A DNA stretch of 64,000 bases, taken from NCBI GenBank assembly GCA_001724265.1, contig MEDY01000117.1, positions 1 through 64,000 on the forward strand, in the 5' to 3' direction. The notes under the pieces were generated by a model. That model was not told the origin of the DNA. It was given only the letters and a program-made list of their open reading frames with translations, and made no database searches. A program made the translations under genes and the position numbers. Origin of the DNA: Rhizaria sp. SCN 62-66 (lineage: Eukaryota). Of this stretch, positions 23,584-34,114 are shown piece after piece. Each line of letters begins with the position of its first letter. Within the stretch, counting starts at the first letter, position 1.

Positions 23584-26500
23584 ATGGATCCGCTCGACTC
23601 GTCTCCGACGATCAACGGGCGCAGCCAGGGCGACACCGCGATGGAGGCGATGCTACTCCAAACCCGCTCTCTCGTCGGCAGCAACAGCAACGGCGGCGGC
23701 GCTAACGGCCGCTCGCTCACTGGCGGCGCGCGCGGCAGCGCCGCCGGCGGGCTGCAACACGAGCACGACGACGCTAGCGACGACGACGGCGCCCTGAGCC
23801 ACCACCACGGCGGCGGGGACGACCTCGAGGACGACGACGACGACAGCTACAACACCAACGGCAGCGGCAGCGGCGGCGGCGGGATGTCGGCCATGGCCGT
23901 CTCGCGACTCACTGCGCGCCGCAGCAGCTTCGTGGTCGAGTCGGTCATGCGCGTGGGCGCGACCGAGGAGGAGGCCGTGGCCGAGGACGACTCGCTGCTC
24001 GACAACGTGTTCGCGGACATGACCAACTCGCGCCAGCACCTCGTCGCCGTGCTCTCCACCGTGTTCCAGCGCAGCGAGATCGACGACGCGCTCTTTGACG
24101 ACTCACCCTCCAACGGCACTGGCAACGGCCACGGCGCCACAGAGGGCGCCGAGGCCGACGCGACGACGACGGGCCAGGCGCACAGCTTTAACAACTCGCA
24201 GCAGCGCGACACGGTGTGCTACGCCGCCGCGGCCGACACGCGCCTGCACCCGACGGACCCGGCGGACGCGGCCTCGGCCTCGAGCGCCAGCGCCGCCGCC
24301 GCGCTCGCCTCGGCCGCCCGCCGCGGCTCCCTGCGCCGCGGGTCGCTCTCCGGCGCGGCCCTGCTCGAGCTGGAGTCACTGCGCGACGAGGTGGCCAAGC
24401 AGCGCGCCGAGCGCCGCGCGCGCGAGCGGCACGAGGCGCGCCTTGCCAACGCGCTGGAGGAGGCGCAGGCGCAGTCGCGCGAGACGCAGAGCCACCTGGA
24501 GCACATGCGGCTGCGGCTGGCTGCGCAGCGCGAGCGCGCGACTAAGGCCGAGGAGGCCGCGGCCGAGGCCCGCCGCGCGCGCCTCGAGGCGCTGACCAAG
24601 CCGCAGAGCGAGGCCGCCGAACTGCGGCGGCAGGTCGCGCGGCTCACTGAGGAGCGCGCGCTGCTGCAGGAGCGGCTGTCGGAGGCCAAGCTCGACGCCA
24701 AGCGCGTCGCCGGCGAGGCTGACGCCGTGCGCCGCGAGATGATGCTGCTCAAGCGCGAGCTAGGGCTGCCCATGGGCGCGCTGGCGCGCGGCGTCGCGGC
24801 CGCCGGCGCCGCCAGCGCGGGGCTCAACGGGCGCGGCGGCGCGGGCGCACCTGCGCCGCCCGTGCTGGTGCAGCAGCTGGCGACGCTGCGGCGCGAGAAC
24901 GCGCGGCTAGCGCGCGAGGTGTGCACGTCGTCGTCGTCGCTGTCGGCGCAGGTGCGCGAGGAGCGCAGCGCCGCCGAGGCCGTGCGCGACGAGACGGACC
25001 AGCTCACGGCCGCCATGCTCGCGGGCGGCGCGCAGCTCGCGGCCGCTGTCGTTGAGGTTGAGGCTGACATGGGGCTGGCCCAGGGCTCGCTCACGGCGAC
25101 CCTGGGCATGGCGTCTGCCTTCACGCCCACGTCGCCGATCCCCACGGCGGACTACCTCAGCACCAGCGACTGCTTCTCCGCCAGCACCGGCAGCGTCAAC
25201 ACCGGCGCGGGCGCGACCGTCGCGGGCACCCCGGCCGCCTCCTCGCCCACCGAGGCCAGCCCCAGCGCTGCTGCCGCTGGCGCTGCCGGCGCGCCGACGG
25301 GCATCAGCGGGCTGACTCTGAACACCGTGCCGTTCAACACCTCCGGCGGGCTGCTCTCCGCGCGCGCCAACGCGGCCGCGGCGGGCGCCGGTGGCAACAG
25401 CTCCGTCTTCGGCTTCGGCTTCCCCGCCTCGGCCTCGGGCGCCAACGGCAACGCGGCGGGCGCGGGCATTGCACGCCGCGACTCGCCGGCGCTCGGCACC
25501 CCCATCTTTGGTGGCCTGGGCGGCGGCCTCAGCGGTGGCCTTGGTGGCGGCCTCACCGGCGGACTCGGCGGTGGCATCGCCCGCCTCGGCTCCCCCGCGC
25601 TGGGCGCCCTGGGCGGCGGCAGCATCACGCGTTTGGGCTCGCCCGCGCTCGGCGGCGGCATCCCGCGCCTCGGCTCCCCCGTCCTCGGCGCTACGGCGCT
25701 GGGGTCCCCCGCGCTGGGCATGGCCGGCGGCGGCGGCTACAACGGCCTCCGCATCACGGCCAACAACGGCGGCGGCGCGTACGGCTACGGCGAGCAGCTG
25801 GGCACGCCCGTCGCCGGCGCCGGCGGCTTCAGCTTCGGCTCCAACGCCGCCGGCGCGGGCGCCGGACCGGATGGCGGCGAGAACCTGGGTGGTGTGCTGT
25901 CGCGGCTAGGCCCCGGCTCTGCGGCGGCGGGGCCCGCGCTGGCGGCGTCGACGTTCAACACGCCCACCCACGCGCGCACCGCGAGCGAGACCTCGGCCGC
26001 GACTACAAGCGCGACTGCAACCGCAGGCACGTCCGCTTCGGCCGCGGTGTCCGCCGCCGCGCAGGCCGCCTCGGCCGCCGCGGCCGCCGCGGCCTCGCTC
26101 GACGCCGTGGCCACGCCCGCCAGGACGCTGCGCAGACCGGCGCTGCGCGGCAGCGTCGCGGGCGCCTCGGCCGCGGGCGCCGCTTCCGCGGCCGCAGCGG
26201 GCGGGCTCTCCGCGAGCGCGGCGGGCGCGGCGGGGGCCAACGGGCAGGTGCTGAGCAACGCGCAACGCCGGCAGCTGCTGCGCGACGTGAGCCTGCGGTA
26301 CTTCCTGGCCTGTGCAGTGAGCGCCAAGGCCGAGTGCCTGGCCTGGCTCATCCGCTCAAACGACCCGTTGCTCCAGCCCTCAGCCAACGGCGGCAGCGGC
26401 GGCGGCAATGGCGCGAGTACGCCTCAGTCGCCCTCGTCGTTGTCGTCGTCGACGGGGTCCGGCGCCGGCGCGGCGCTGCCACTGGCGCTGCCCAGCACCG

Positions 26501-26646
26501 AGGAGCTGTACCGGGACGCGATGCGGCAGCGCGTCCCCTACGCCAGCTACGCGCTGTGGCTGCGCAAGGAGCTCGAGACAGCCGTTAAAATCGCGCGCGT
26601 CGAGCGCACGAAGCGGGCCGGCACCGGCGCTGCCACAGTCGCGTGA
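23584..26646 (+). CDS. Coiled-coil protein of unknown function
   Basis: 1020-aa intronless ORF with the host codon pattern. E/R/A/L heptad-rich region at about 24360-25060, GSPALG repeats, and a C-terminal ordered-looking segment RYFLACAVSAK...EELYRDAMRQRVPYASYALWL. Stop is TGA. Confidence 0.8.
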   Translation: MDPLDSSPTINGRSQGDTAMEAMLLQTRSLVGSNSNGGGANGRSLTGGARGSAAGGLQHEHDDASDDDGALSHHHGGGDDLEDDDDDSYNTNGSGSGGGGMSAMAVSRLTARRSSFVVESVMRVGATEEEAVAEDDSLLDNVFADMTNSRQHLVAVLSTVFQRSEIDDALFDDSPSNGTGNGHGATEGAEADATTTGQAHSFNNSQQRDTVCYAAAADTRLHPTDPADAASASSASAAAALASAARRGSLRRGSLSGAALLELESLRDEVAKQRAERRARERHEARLANALEEAQAQSRETQSHLEHMRLRLAAQRERATKAEEAAAEARRARLEALTKPQSEAAELRRQVARLTEERALLQERLSEAKLDAKRVAGEADAVRREMMLLKRELGLPMGALARGVAAAGAASAGLNGRGGAGAPAPPVLVQQLATLRRENARLAREVCTSSSSLSAQVREERSAAEAVRDETDQLTAAMLAGGAQLAAAVVEVEADMGLAQGSLTATLGMASAFTPTSPIPTADYLSTSDCFSASTGSVNTGAGATVAGTPAASSPTEASPSAAAAGAAGAPTGISGLTLNTVPFNTSGGLLSARANAAAAGAGGNSSVFGFGFPASASGANGNAAGAGIARRDSPALGTPIFGGLGGGLSGGLGGGLTGGLGGGIARLGSPALGALGGGSITRLGSPALGGGIPRLGSPVLGATALGSPALGMAGGGGYNGLRITANNGGGAYGYGEQLGTPVAGAGGFSFGSNAAGAGAGPDGGENLGGVLSRLGPGSAAAGPALAASTFNTPTHARTASETSAATTSATATAGTSASAAVSAAAQAASAAAAAAASLDAVATPARTLRRPALRGSVAGASAAGAASAAAAGGLSASAAGAAGANGQVLSNAQRRQLLRDVSLRYFLACAVSAKAECLAWLIRSNDPLLQPSANGGSGGGNGASTPQSPSSLSSSTGSGAGAALPLALPSTEELYRDAMRQRVPYASYALWLRKELETAVKIARVERTKRAGTGAATVA

Positions 26647-27320
26647 GAGAGCTCGAACTCACGTGTCCGCATAGAGCAGCCAGCACTCGTCTCTGCACCT
26701 TCTCTTCACTTATGGCCGTGGGACTGGTGATGATGCAATGCACAGATATTGACTCAGTTGGCCGTAATATGCAACTTCACTATCCTGCCGTTTCTCAGCC
26801 CCTTCCTTGCGCGCCTGGTTCTGCTCCTATGATGACTTTCTATATTGGGGTGTTTCGTGTGTGTAACACGTGTATATGAGTGTATTTTCTTGCTGTTCGT
26901 ATCAAAGCCTTGTGCTACACCACAAACATCCAATTTGATTTGACGTTTGACTCCGTGTATTCCCTTTATACATTGTTCTTTTGTGATAATACTGCAGCAG
27001 TACAACAGTTTGATCATCGTGAGCTGTATCCTGACCTCCATCTGACAGCAATACTAACGCTACCCAAGTGTTGAGTCACAGATCACATGATCAAAGAGAT
27101 ACCGATTTGTCAGAAAACAGAGTCTATTCAGCGACTGCTGTATAATGTTTAAGAGCAGAACGTGAGGGCTTGTTGATGATGAGAAGCGGAAACTTGTTTG
27201 TGGTGAGGGAAATTAAGCCGCGCCTGGTGCCAGTTTTTCTTTTTTTCATGAGGGCGTTTCGAAACCCTCTTTGTTCTCGCGCTAAACGAACCAGGTGCTC
27301 CTGTTTCTTAGTTTTCCGTA

Positions 27321-29110
27321 ATGTCCAACATTAAGGTACGTCTATTCTTTTTCTTACTGTCGAAAAATCGTCGTTTGTGCGCATGGGAATGCGTTTTCTG
27401 GTTTATCGGCACCACGTCGCTGAGTTCGCGAGCAGGAGACTCGCCGAGATATCTCCCTATTTCGCCCTATTACCGGCGCGTAGTCCACTATTTGGCAATA
27501 GTAACCAATTAAAGACCTATTTCTATTGTCTGGAGCCGACCTCCGTTCACGGAAACACGTACTTAAACAGCTCTATTCACCCTATTTCTGGCTTGCTCAC
27601 CCCCCCTTGCCTCCTCTATCCAATATCCGGTTCGTCGGTCGGTCTGTTGACTGCTTTTTCACGTTGTTGCACTCGCCACCGATCGCTGCCACAGGGTACT
27701 CTTAAGGTTTCCGTCCTCGAGGCGAAGCTTGCCATCGACGTCTCTGGCGTTCTCGGCTCGCAGGACCCCTACTGCCGTCTCGTCATCGGCCAGGTCCAGG
27801 TCAAGACCAAGACCTGCCCGAAGGAGAAGTCCAACCCTATCTGGAGGCAGGAGTTCAACTTCTCGCTTCACGGCGCGGAGGCCTACCTCACCTTCGAGGT
27901 CATTGACGAGAACGTTGGCACCGACGAGCTCATTGGCCGTGGCACCATCTCCCTCGCGGAGGCCCCCCGCAACGCCGAACCTGAGTGGTATGACATCCAC
28001 ACCATGAAGGGTCGTCCCGCCGGCAAGATCCGCCTCGCGCTCGACCACACCCCTCCTGGTGGCAAGCCCGCTCCTGCCGCTGCCCCCGCCGCTGCTCCTG
28101 CCCCGGCCGCTGCCCCTGCCCCCGCGCCCACGCCCCAGTATCCCCCTCAGCAGCAGCCCGGCTACCCCCCTCAGCAGCAGCCCGGCTACCCCCCGCAGCA
28201 GCCCGGCTACCCTCCCCAGCAGCCTGGCTACCCGCCCCAGCAGCCCGGCTACCCCCCGGCTGCCGGCTACCCCCCGGCCGCTGGCTACCCCCCGGCCGCT
28301 GGCTACCCGCCGCAGCCCGGCTATCCCCCGGCCGCCGGCTACCCCCCTCAGCCCGGCTACCCGCCCCAGCACTCGCCCCACGGCCACCACCACGCCCCCC
28401 ACGGCTACCCGCCCCAGCAGCCCGGCTACCCCCCGGCGCCTGCCGCCTACGGCGCTCCTGCTCCCTATGGCGCCCCTGCTCCCTACGGCGCGCCCGGCCA
28501 GCCCCCGGCCCCCTACGGTGCTCCCGCGCCCTACGGCGCCCCCGGCCAGCCCCCCGCGCCCTACGGCGCGCCCGCCCCGTACGGCGCCCCCGCGCCCTAC
28601 GGCCAGCCCGCGGGCTACGGCCAGCCCCCGCGCCCCGCGGGCGGCCGCCGCAACGCGTACAACCTGCAGATGTGCACGCGCGAGACTGTGACGCGCGGCG
28701 TCTACGGCGGCAACGGCGGCTCTACCTTTAACGCCGACACGTGCTTCGCCACCTTTGGCTTCCCCACCGCTGTCGAGGTCCACCACGGCCGCTACGTCAA
28801 CGGCATCAAGTTCCACTACGGCACCGCGGGCGTCTCGACCCTCGCGGGCGCGACTGCGCAGAACTCTGACACCTTCGCGCTGGGCCCCAACGAGGTCATC
28901 ACGCAGGTCGAGATCTACGCCGGCGACTACGTCGAGGCCATCAGCTTCCACACCTCCGAGGGCCGCGTCTCGCAGCGCTTCGGCGCCCAGACCTCCTCGG
29001 CGCGCCTCCGCAAGGCCGAGGCCGACGGCAAGGGCCTCGTCGCCGTGTCTGGCCGCTCGGGCTCCTGGCTCGACGCCCTCACCTTCCACTTCGCCGGCCC
29101 CGTTTACTAA
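27321..29110 (+). CDS. C2 domain + Pro/Gly/Tyr/Gln repeat linker + jacalin-like lectin domain protein (paralog B); exons 27321-27335 and 27695-29110
   Basis: MSNIK|GTLKVSVLEAK...SQDPYCRL...NPIWRQEFNF...FEVIDENVGTDELIGRG is a C2 domain. The C-terminus GVYGGNGG...FALGPNEVITQVE...GLVAVSGRSGSWLDAL is jacalin-like. Intron 27336-27694 is GTACGT...CAG. Stop is TAA. Confidence 0.88.
28130..28630 (+). repeat. Coding tandem repeats: PGYPPQQ(Q), GYPPAA and YGAPAP / YGAPGQPPAP units
   Basis: Repeated cagcccggctacccc and tacggcgcNcc units are visible in the DNA and in the translation. Confidence 0.9.
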
Positions 29111-29954
29111 GCGACGCGGCCGCCGCTGGACAACTGCAGTGGTGTACATTGACAGACCGGCCGTCGGCTGCAACCTGGTTGCGGCGTGTTGACGGGGACG
29201 CTGCTGTGCACTCGCGCGCAAGCGAGAGAGTGCAAAAGTAACAGGACGGAAACAAGGAAGAAGTGTAGTAACAAAATAAGAAAAAGAAAAAATATATGAA
29301 GATTGTTGTTGCCACGCTGCTATGCCTCTCTTGAGAGACTAAGCATTGTTTTTCTGTGTGTATCGAACTGCAATCTATTGAGTTTAGGTCACACAAGGAC
29401 AGCGCGCCCACGCATGAGTTTGTTGTTCGCATGTCTCTTGCTGTTCTGTGTTGCTGCTGTTGTTTGCTAGCTGATGATGACTTGTGATTGCACATGTGAG
29501 TGCGGCGCGACCTCCGTTAAGGTTGAAGTGCACTCACACAGTCACACTCAAAACATATGACAACAAAAAGCAGCAACCGAGCGCACGCCATGGCGGCGAG
29601 TGATTGAGCTCTAAATGCGTGTGTGTTGATGTGTGTGCTCGTACGATATCAATATGTGACACTTGATGAACAGTAAAACGCCCAAATAATACATTCTATC
29701 CGTGAATCAGGAAGTATGAGTCAAAATAAGTGCACTGCAAGAGAAAGCGGGGTTGTTGGCAAGAGAGGGTCTGTATTCGAGAAGAAATCACACCAATATG
29801 ATATTATGCATTTTTACGGGCACATCCAAAATATAAGTAGGAAAGCTTCCAGTGTCGTTATCCTCATCCGATCCGTGTTTTGAACTTCACTCTTATCATC
29901 GTCGTGTTACGAGCTTGGCATTGACTGTTGTGGCAAGCAGCAGCAATCAACAAC

Positions 29955-30760
29955 TTACGCCTTGGAGAGCTTGGAGGGCTTGAGGAAGGGGGGGAAGATG
30001 GAGTCAGCCTTGAGGGGGCCACGGGCACGGCGAACCTTGACGTGGGAGCCGCACTCCATGAACATGTTAGAGTCACGGAGCTTGACGTACTCCTCGGGCT
30101 CGTAGTCGGTGAAACCCCACTTCTGGGAGACGAGGAGGTTCTGGCGACCAGGGAACTTGTACGACGCACGGCGGAGGGCCTCAAGAGCGACAGCCTTGAA
30201 GTTGGGCTTGGTACGGACGGACATGAGGATCTGGTTGATGTGGACACGGGCAACAGATCCCTCGGGCTTACCGTAGGCACCACGCATACCCTGCTGGAGA
30301 CGATCGGCACCGGCGCAAGTAAGCATGCGGTTGATACGGACGAAGTGGTAGGGGTGGACGCGCACACGGAGGTGGAAGGAGTCCTTACCAGCGAACTTGA
30401 TCATGTACTTGTTGATGACGATGCGAGCAGCCTCGAGAGCGTTCGAGGAGATCTGCTCACGCTCACCGGACACGAGGTGGACGCAGGTAGGGAGGAGGTG
30501 GGAAGAGGCGAAGCGGTTTCCGACATCGAAGAGAGCGATCTTGGGCTGTACAGGAAAGTAAAAGAAGAACAAACAGAAACAAGGCAAGCGATGAGCGTGA
30601 GCAAGAGAGCGGTGCAAGGCGCCGGAGTTCGCGAACGAGTCAGCGGAGGAGAGAGGAAAGGCAAGGGAATACGTACCTCAGGTACACCGCGGAGGAAGCG
30701 GGACTTGATGTAGGGCTTGTTCTTGCAGTAGCGGTAGCAGCGAGCGGGACGACGACCCAT
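29955..30760 (-). CDS. RPL10: 60S ribosomal protein L10 (uL16); exons 30760-30677 and 30545-29955
   Basis: [29 protein letters not shown]...ALEAARI...[18 protein letters not shown]...KFPGRQ...KWGFT. Intron 30546-30676 is GTACGT...CAG. Stop is TAA. Confidence 0.99.
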
Positions 30761-31351
30761 GTTGATAGAGTATCAAACCTACAATCGGGCAAATTAGAAA
30801 GCGCGGTGACGGCAGGACAGAGTGAGCGGCGGAACGTGGGCTGCAATGAAAGGCGGCCGATACGCGCTTCGACGATCGTAAACATAGTCTGCAAATTAAT
30901 GAGAGAATACAATGGAAGAGTGGCAACATTGGTAGATGCTGTAGAAGACTGACGTACCACGAGGGAGTGTTCAGAGAAGACGCAAAGAAAGGACCGAACA
31001 TCAACCTTGGGCTTGGACCGGAGTGCGAGGGGGCTGGGGCGGCTTGCTTTTAAATCAGGATTTCGAGCTAATTTTTTTGAGAACTCGATCCCATTTTTTT
31101 TTACGAACTGACTGGATTGTTGACGACAAGATTCGATACCCTCCTCCTTCGTTCGTATGATCTTGCTACTTGAAATGTGCTTGTATTATATTGTGACGCT
31201 ATTTTTTAGCAGCTGTTTTTGTAACTACGCGATTTCGACAGCCGATAAAACCTTTTAAAGCTTGTTGGAAAGGAGTATATGTGCCCTAACCTACAACCGA
31301 TTCCTTCACACTCTTTGAACTCAATCTGGTTCATTGCTTTCAGTTGTACAG

Positions 31352-33409
31352 ATGGACAACAACGGGAGCCCAGCTCATAATATGAGTGGCGACAGTTCCG
31401 CGGACGTTGCAGCACAGTCGACCGCACTGATGCTGGCGTCGCTCGTGGGTGCTGTGGTGCTTGCGGCCGTGGTGCGTGTCGCATTCCGCTCCACAAAGGC
31501 CGCTGCACGGCGCCACGAGCTGGCCGCTCTTGCCGCGCGCCGGGTTGAAGTGCGCAACGCAAAGCGCGAGACACTGCGAGCTCTGCTAGCGAAGCACTCC
31601 GAGGCGTGTACGCTGACTCCGAAGCAACTCTCGCGTCTCGCGCGTTTGCCTGCCGCTGCGTTGGCCGCCGCCGTGCGCGAGGGTGATCTCTCGCGCGTCA
31701 CAATCATGACTGTGTTCTGCATGCGCGCTCTTAAGGCCGGCGAGGAACTCGGCGCCGTTGCGGAGGAGTTCTATGACGAAGCCCTTGCCCGTGCGGCCGA
31801 GCTGGACGCCGCCGCGGACGCTGGGAAAGAGTACGCCGCCAACTGCCTGAGCTGCGACTCGTTCACCGCGACGGCGTCGCTGGTGCCTTCGACTGCGGAC
31901 GAGGATGAGGACGACGGCTCACGCCTGCAGGAGCTGGCCCGTGCCGGCCGTCTGCTCGAGGGCGTGCCTGTGTCGATCAAAGACTGTCTGTTGATGAAGG
32001 GCGCCGACAACACGATGGGGCTCGCTGTGCGATGCTTCAAGCCCTCACAGGAAGACTCTCATTTCGTGTCGCTGCTGCGGCAGCAGGGCGCGATCCCCTT
32101 CGTGCGCGGCAACGTCCCGCAGTCGCTGATGCTGCCCGAGTGCGACAACAACGTCTGGGGGCTGGGCCGCAACCCGTGGAACCGGGAGCGCACTCCGGGC
32201 GGCAGCTCCGGCGGCGAGGGCGCGCTCGTCGCCATGCGTGCCGCGCCCATTGCCATCGGCACAGACATCGGCGGCTCCGTTCGCATCCCCGCGGCGTACT
32301 GCGGCGTCTTCGGACTCAAGCCCACGCCACAGCGGCTGACGCACCACGGTAAGACGGCGCCGCGGCCCAAGGACATCGACGGGCAGCCGCTCATCGTCTC
32401 AACGGCGGGCCCGCTCGCCAACTCCGTCGAGGACCTCACGCTGGTAATGCGCGCGTGGCTGGTGCCCGAGATGTGGCGCCGCGACCCCACCGTGCCACCT
32501 GTGCCCTTCTCCGAGCACCTGTACCGCGGCGTCGTGTCCACTGTGGCCGACGCCGCCGAGGCGCGCGCGCAGGGGCTGCGGGCCTGCGTTGGCCGTGGCG
32601 GGGCGCGCAAGAAGCTCCGCATAGGCTACTACGCCTTTGACGGCTTCGCGGCCTCCGCGCCGACCGGTGCGCGCGCCGTGGAGACGGCAGTCAAGGCGCT
32701 GCGCGCGCTAGGCCACGAGTGCGTGCCCTTCACGCCGCCGCGCGTGGCCGACGCAATGGTGCTATACATCGCCATCATGGGCGCCGACGGCGACATGGCG
32801 GGCTTCCGCGCGGGGCTCGACGGCGAGGCGCTGCACCCGGCCTACTCGCGCGTTGCTACTATGGCCAGCCTTGGCCGCCCGCTGCGGGCCGTGCTGGCGG
32901 CCCTGCTGCGCGCCATGGGGCAGCCCAACCCCGCGCGGCTGACCGAGGCCACGCACGGCAAGACGGCACAGGAGCACTGGGCCGACGGCGTCGAGTTCGT
33001 GCGCTACTGCCGCGAGTTCCACACCGCCTGGGCCGCGGCCGGGCTCGACGCGGTCGTCTGCCCTGGCACCGTGCTGCCCGCCGTCGCACACGGGATGTCG
33101 CGCGACATTTTGCCGATGTTCACGCACTCGTTCCTGTGGAACATGGTGCACTACCCGGTCGGTGCGCTGCCGGTCACCACGGTGCGCGCGGACGAGCTCG
33201 ACTACTCAAAGGCCGAGGGCGCCGGCACGGACGCTTTCAACCAGGCCGCGGCCGAGGCGCTCAAGGGCGCGGAGGGGATGCCGTTCGGCGTGCAAATCGC
33301 GGCCCGGCCGTACCACGACGAGCTCGTGCTGCGCCTCATGAAGGAGCTCGAGGGCGCGGGCGTCGGCAAGGGCATGGTGCCCCCCGCCGCGGAGCTCATC
33401 AAAGATTGA
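31352..33409 (+). CDS. Amidase-signature family, fatty-acid amide hydrolase-like (start ATG at 31352 or 31382)
   Basis: N-terminal hydrophobic anchor, GVPVSIKD (catalytic Lys), RTPGGSSGGEG, GTDIGGSVRIPA and GMPFGVQ. Stop is TGA. Confidence 0.93.
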   Translation: MDNNGSPAHNMSGDSSADVAAQSTALMLASLVGAVVLAAVVRVAFRSTKAAARRHELAALAARRVEVRNAKRETLRALLAKHSEACTLTPKQLSRLARLPAAALAAAVREGDLSRVTIMTVFCMRALKAGEELGAVAEEFYDEALARAAELDAAADAGKEYAANCLSCDSFTATASLVPSTADEDEDDGSRLQELARAGRLLEGVPVSIKDCLLMKGADNTMGLAVRCFKPSQEDSHFVSLLRQQGAIPFVRGNVPQSLMLPECDNNVWGLGRNPWNRERTPGGSSGGEGALVAMRAAPIAIGTDIGGSVRIPAAYCGVFGLKPTPQRLTHHGKTAPRPKDIDGQPLIVSTAGPLANSVEDLTLVMRAWLVPEMWRRDPTVPPVPFSEHLYRGVVSTVADAAEARAQGLRACVGRGGARKKLRIGYYAFDGFAASAPTGARAVETAVKALRALGHECVPFTPPRVADAMVLYIAIMGADGDMAGFRAGLDGEALHPAYSRVATMASLGRPLRAVLAALLRAMGQPNPARLTEATHGKTAQEHWADGVEFVRYCREFHTAWAAAGLDAVVCPGTVLPAVAHGMSRDILPMFTHSFLWNMVHYPVGALPVTTVRADELDYSKAEGAGTDAFNQAAAEALKGAEGMPFGVQIAARPYHDELVLRLMKELEGAGVGKGMVPPAAELIKD

Positions 33410-34114
33410 GCGAGTCGGGTGACTGTGTGAACCGATGAGTGTGAACCGATAAGTGGTCAGGCAAGAGCAGGCTGGGCCAATACCCAATTTCCATAAACTG
33501 ATGAGCTTACTTGTATTGATGGAGACGAATACAATCATTTTGATTTCGATTCACAATGAAGAAACAAGTTGTATTGTAGATTTTGCAATGTTTAGTCGTG
33601 AAATTTGAAATAGTATAACTGTGTGCACTGTACTATCCAACCACACATTAACAATGATTCACTGAGGGAATTGAAGCTTAACGTTAATATTAATTGCGTG
33701 TCGGTGTCAGGACGTAATCACGATGTTGCAACCGAGTTCGAAGGAACGAACATACAGACTAGCAACTTAAAGCTAGCATGTCTCACGAAGTGGAATGCAA
33801 CAATATTACTTTGTACGAAGTGCTTTTGGTTGGCTGTGAAAGTGCATTTTGATCAGATTGTGAGACGCGAAAAAAGGACCACACATGCGGCAAGCAGTGT
33901 CAGTGTAGTTGCGCACGTTGTATGAGTTTGACGGAGCCACTCGTGATATTTTTAGGTCGAGAGCCTCTCACTGACTTCACACTTCAGACAAACTAACTTA
34001 CTGTTCTCCACTATACAGCCGCAGCAATTCTTAACTCGGTCAATCTCGCGTTTTGGTCACCATCGCAGTGCTACATCTCGCCCCCGCTGTCGTTTCGTCG
34101 TCGCATGGCGCGAC

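Noticed and set aside
28130-28630. Repeat array as a possible CRISPR or mobile element
   Set aside because: These are in-frame coding repeats without unique spacers. No cas or transposase gene is present.
29495-29538. 9-bp inverted repeat TGTGAGTGC...GCACTCACA between convergent genes
   Set aside because: It is short and single-copy, with no other support for an ncRNA, SECIS or MITE.
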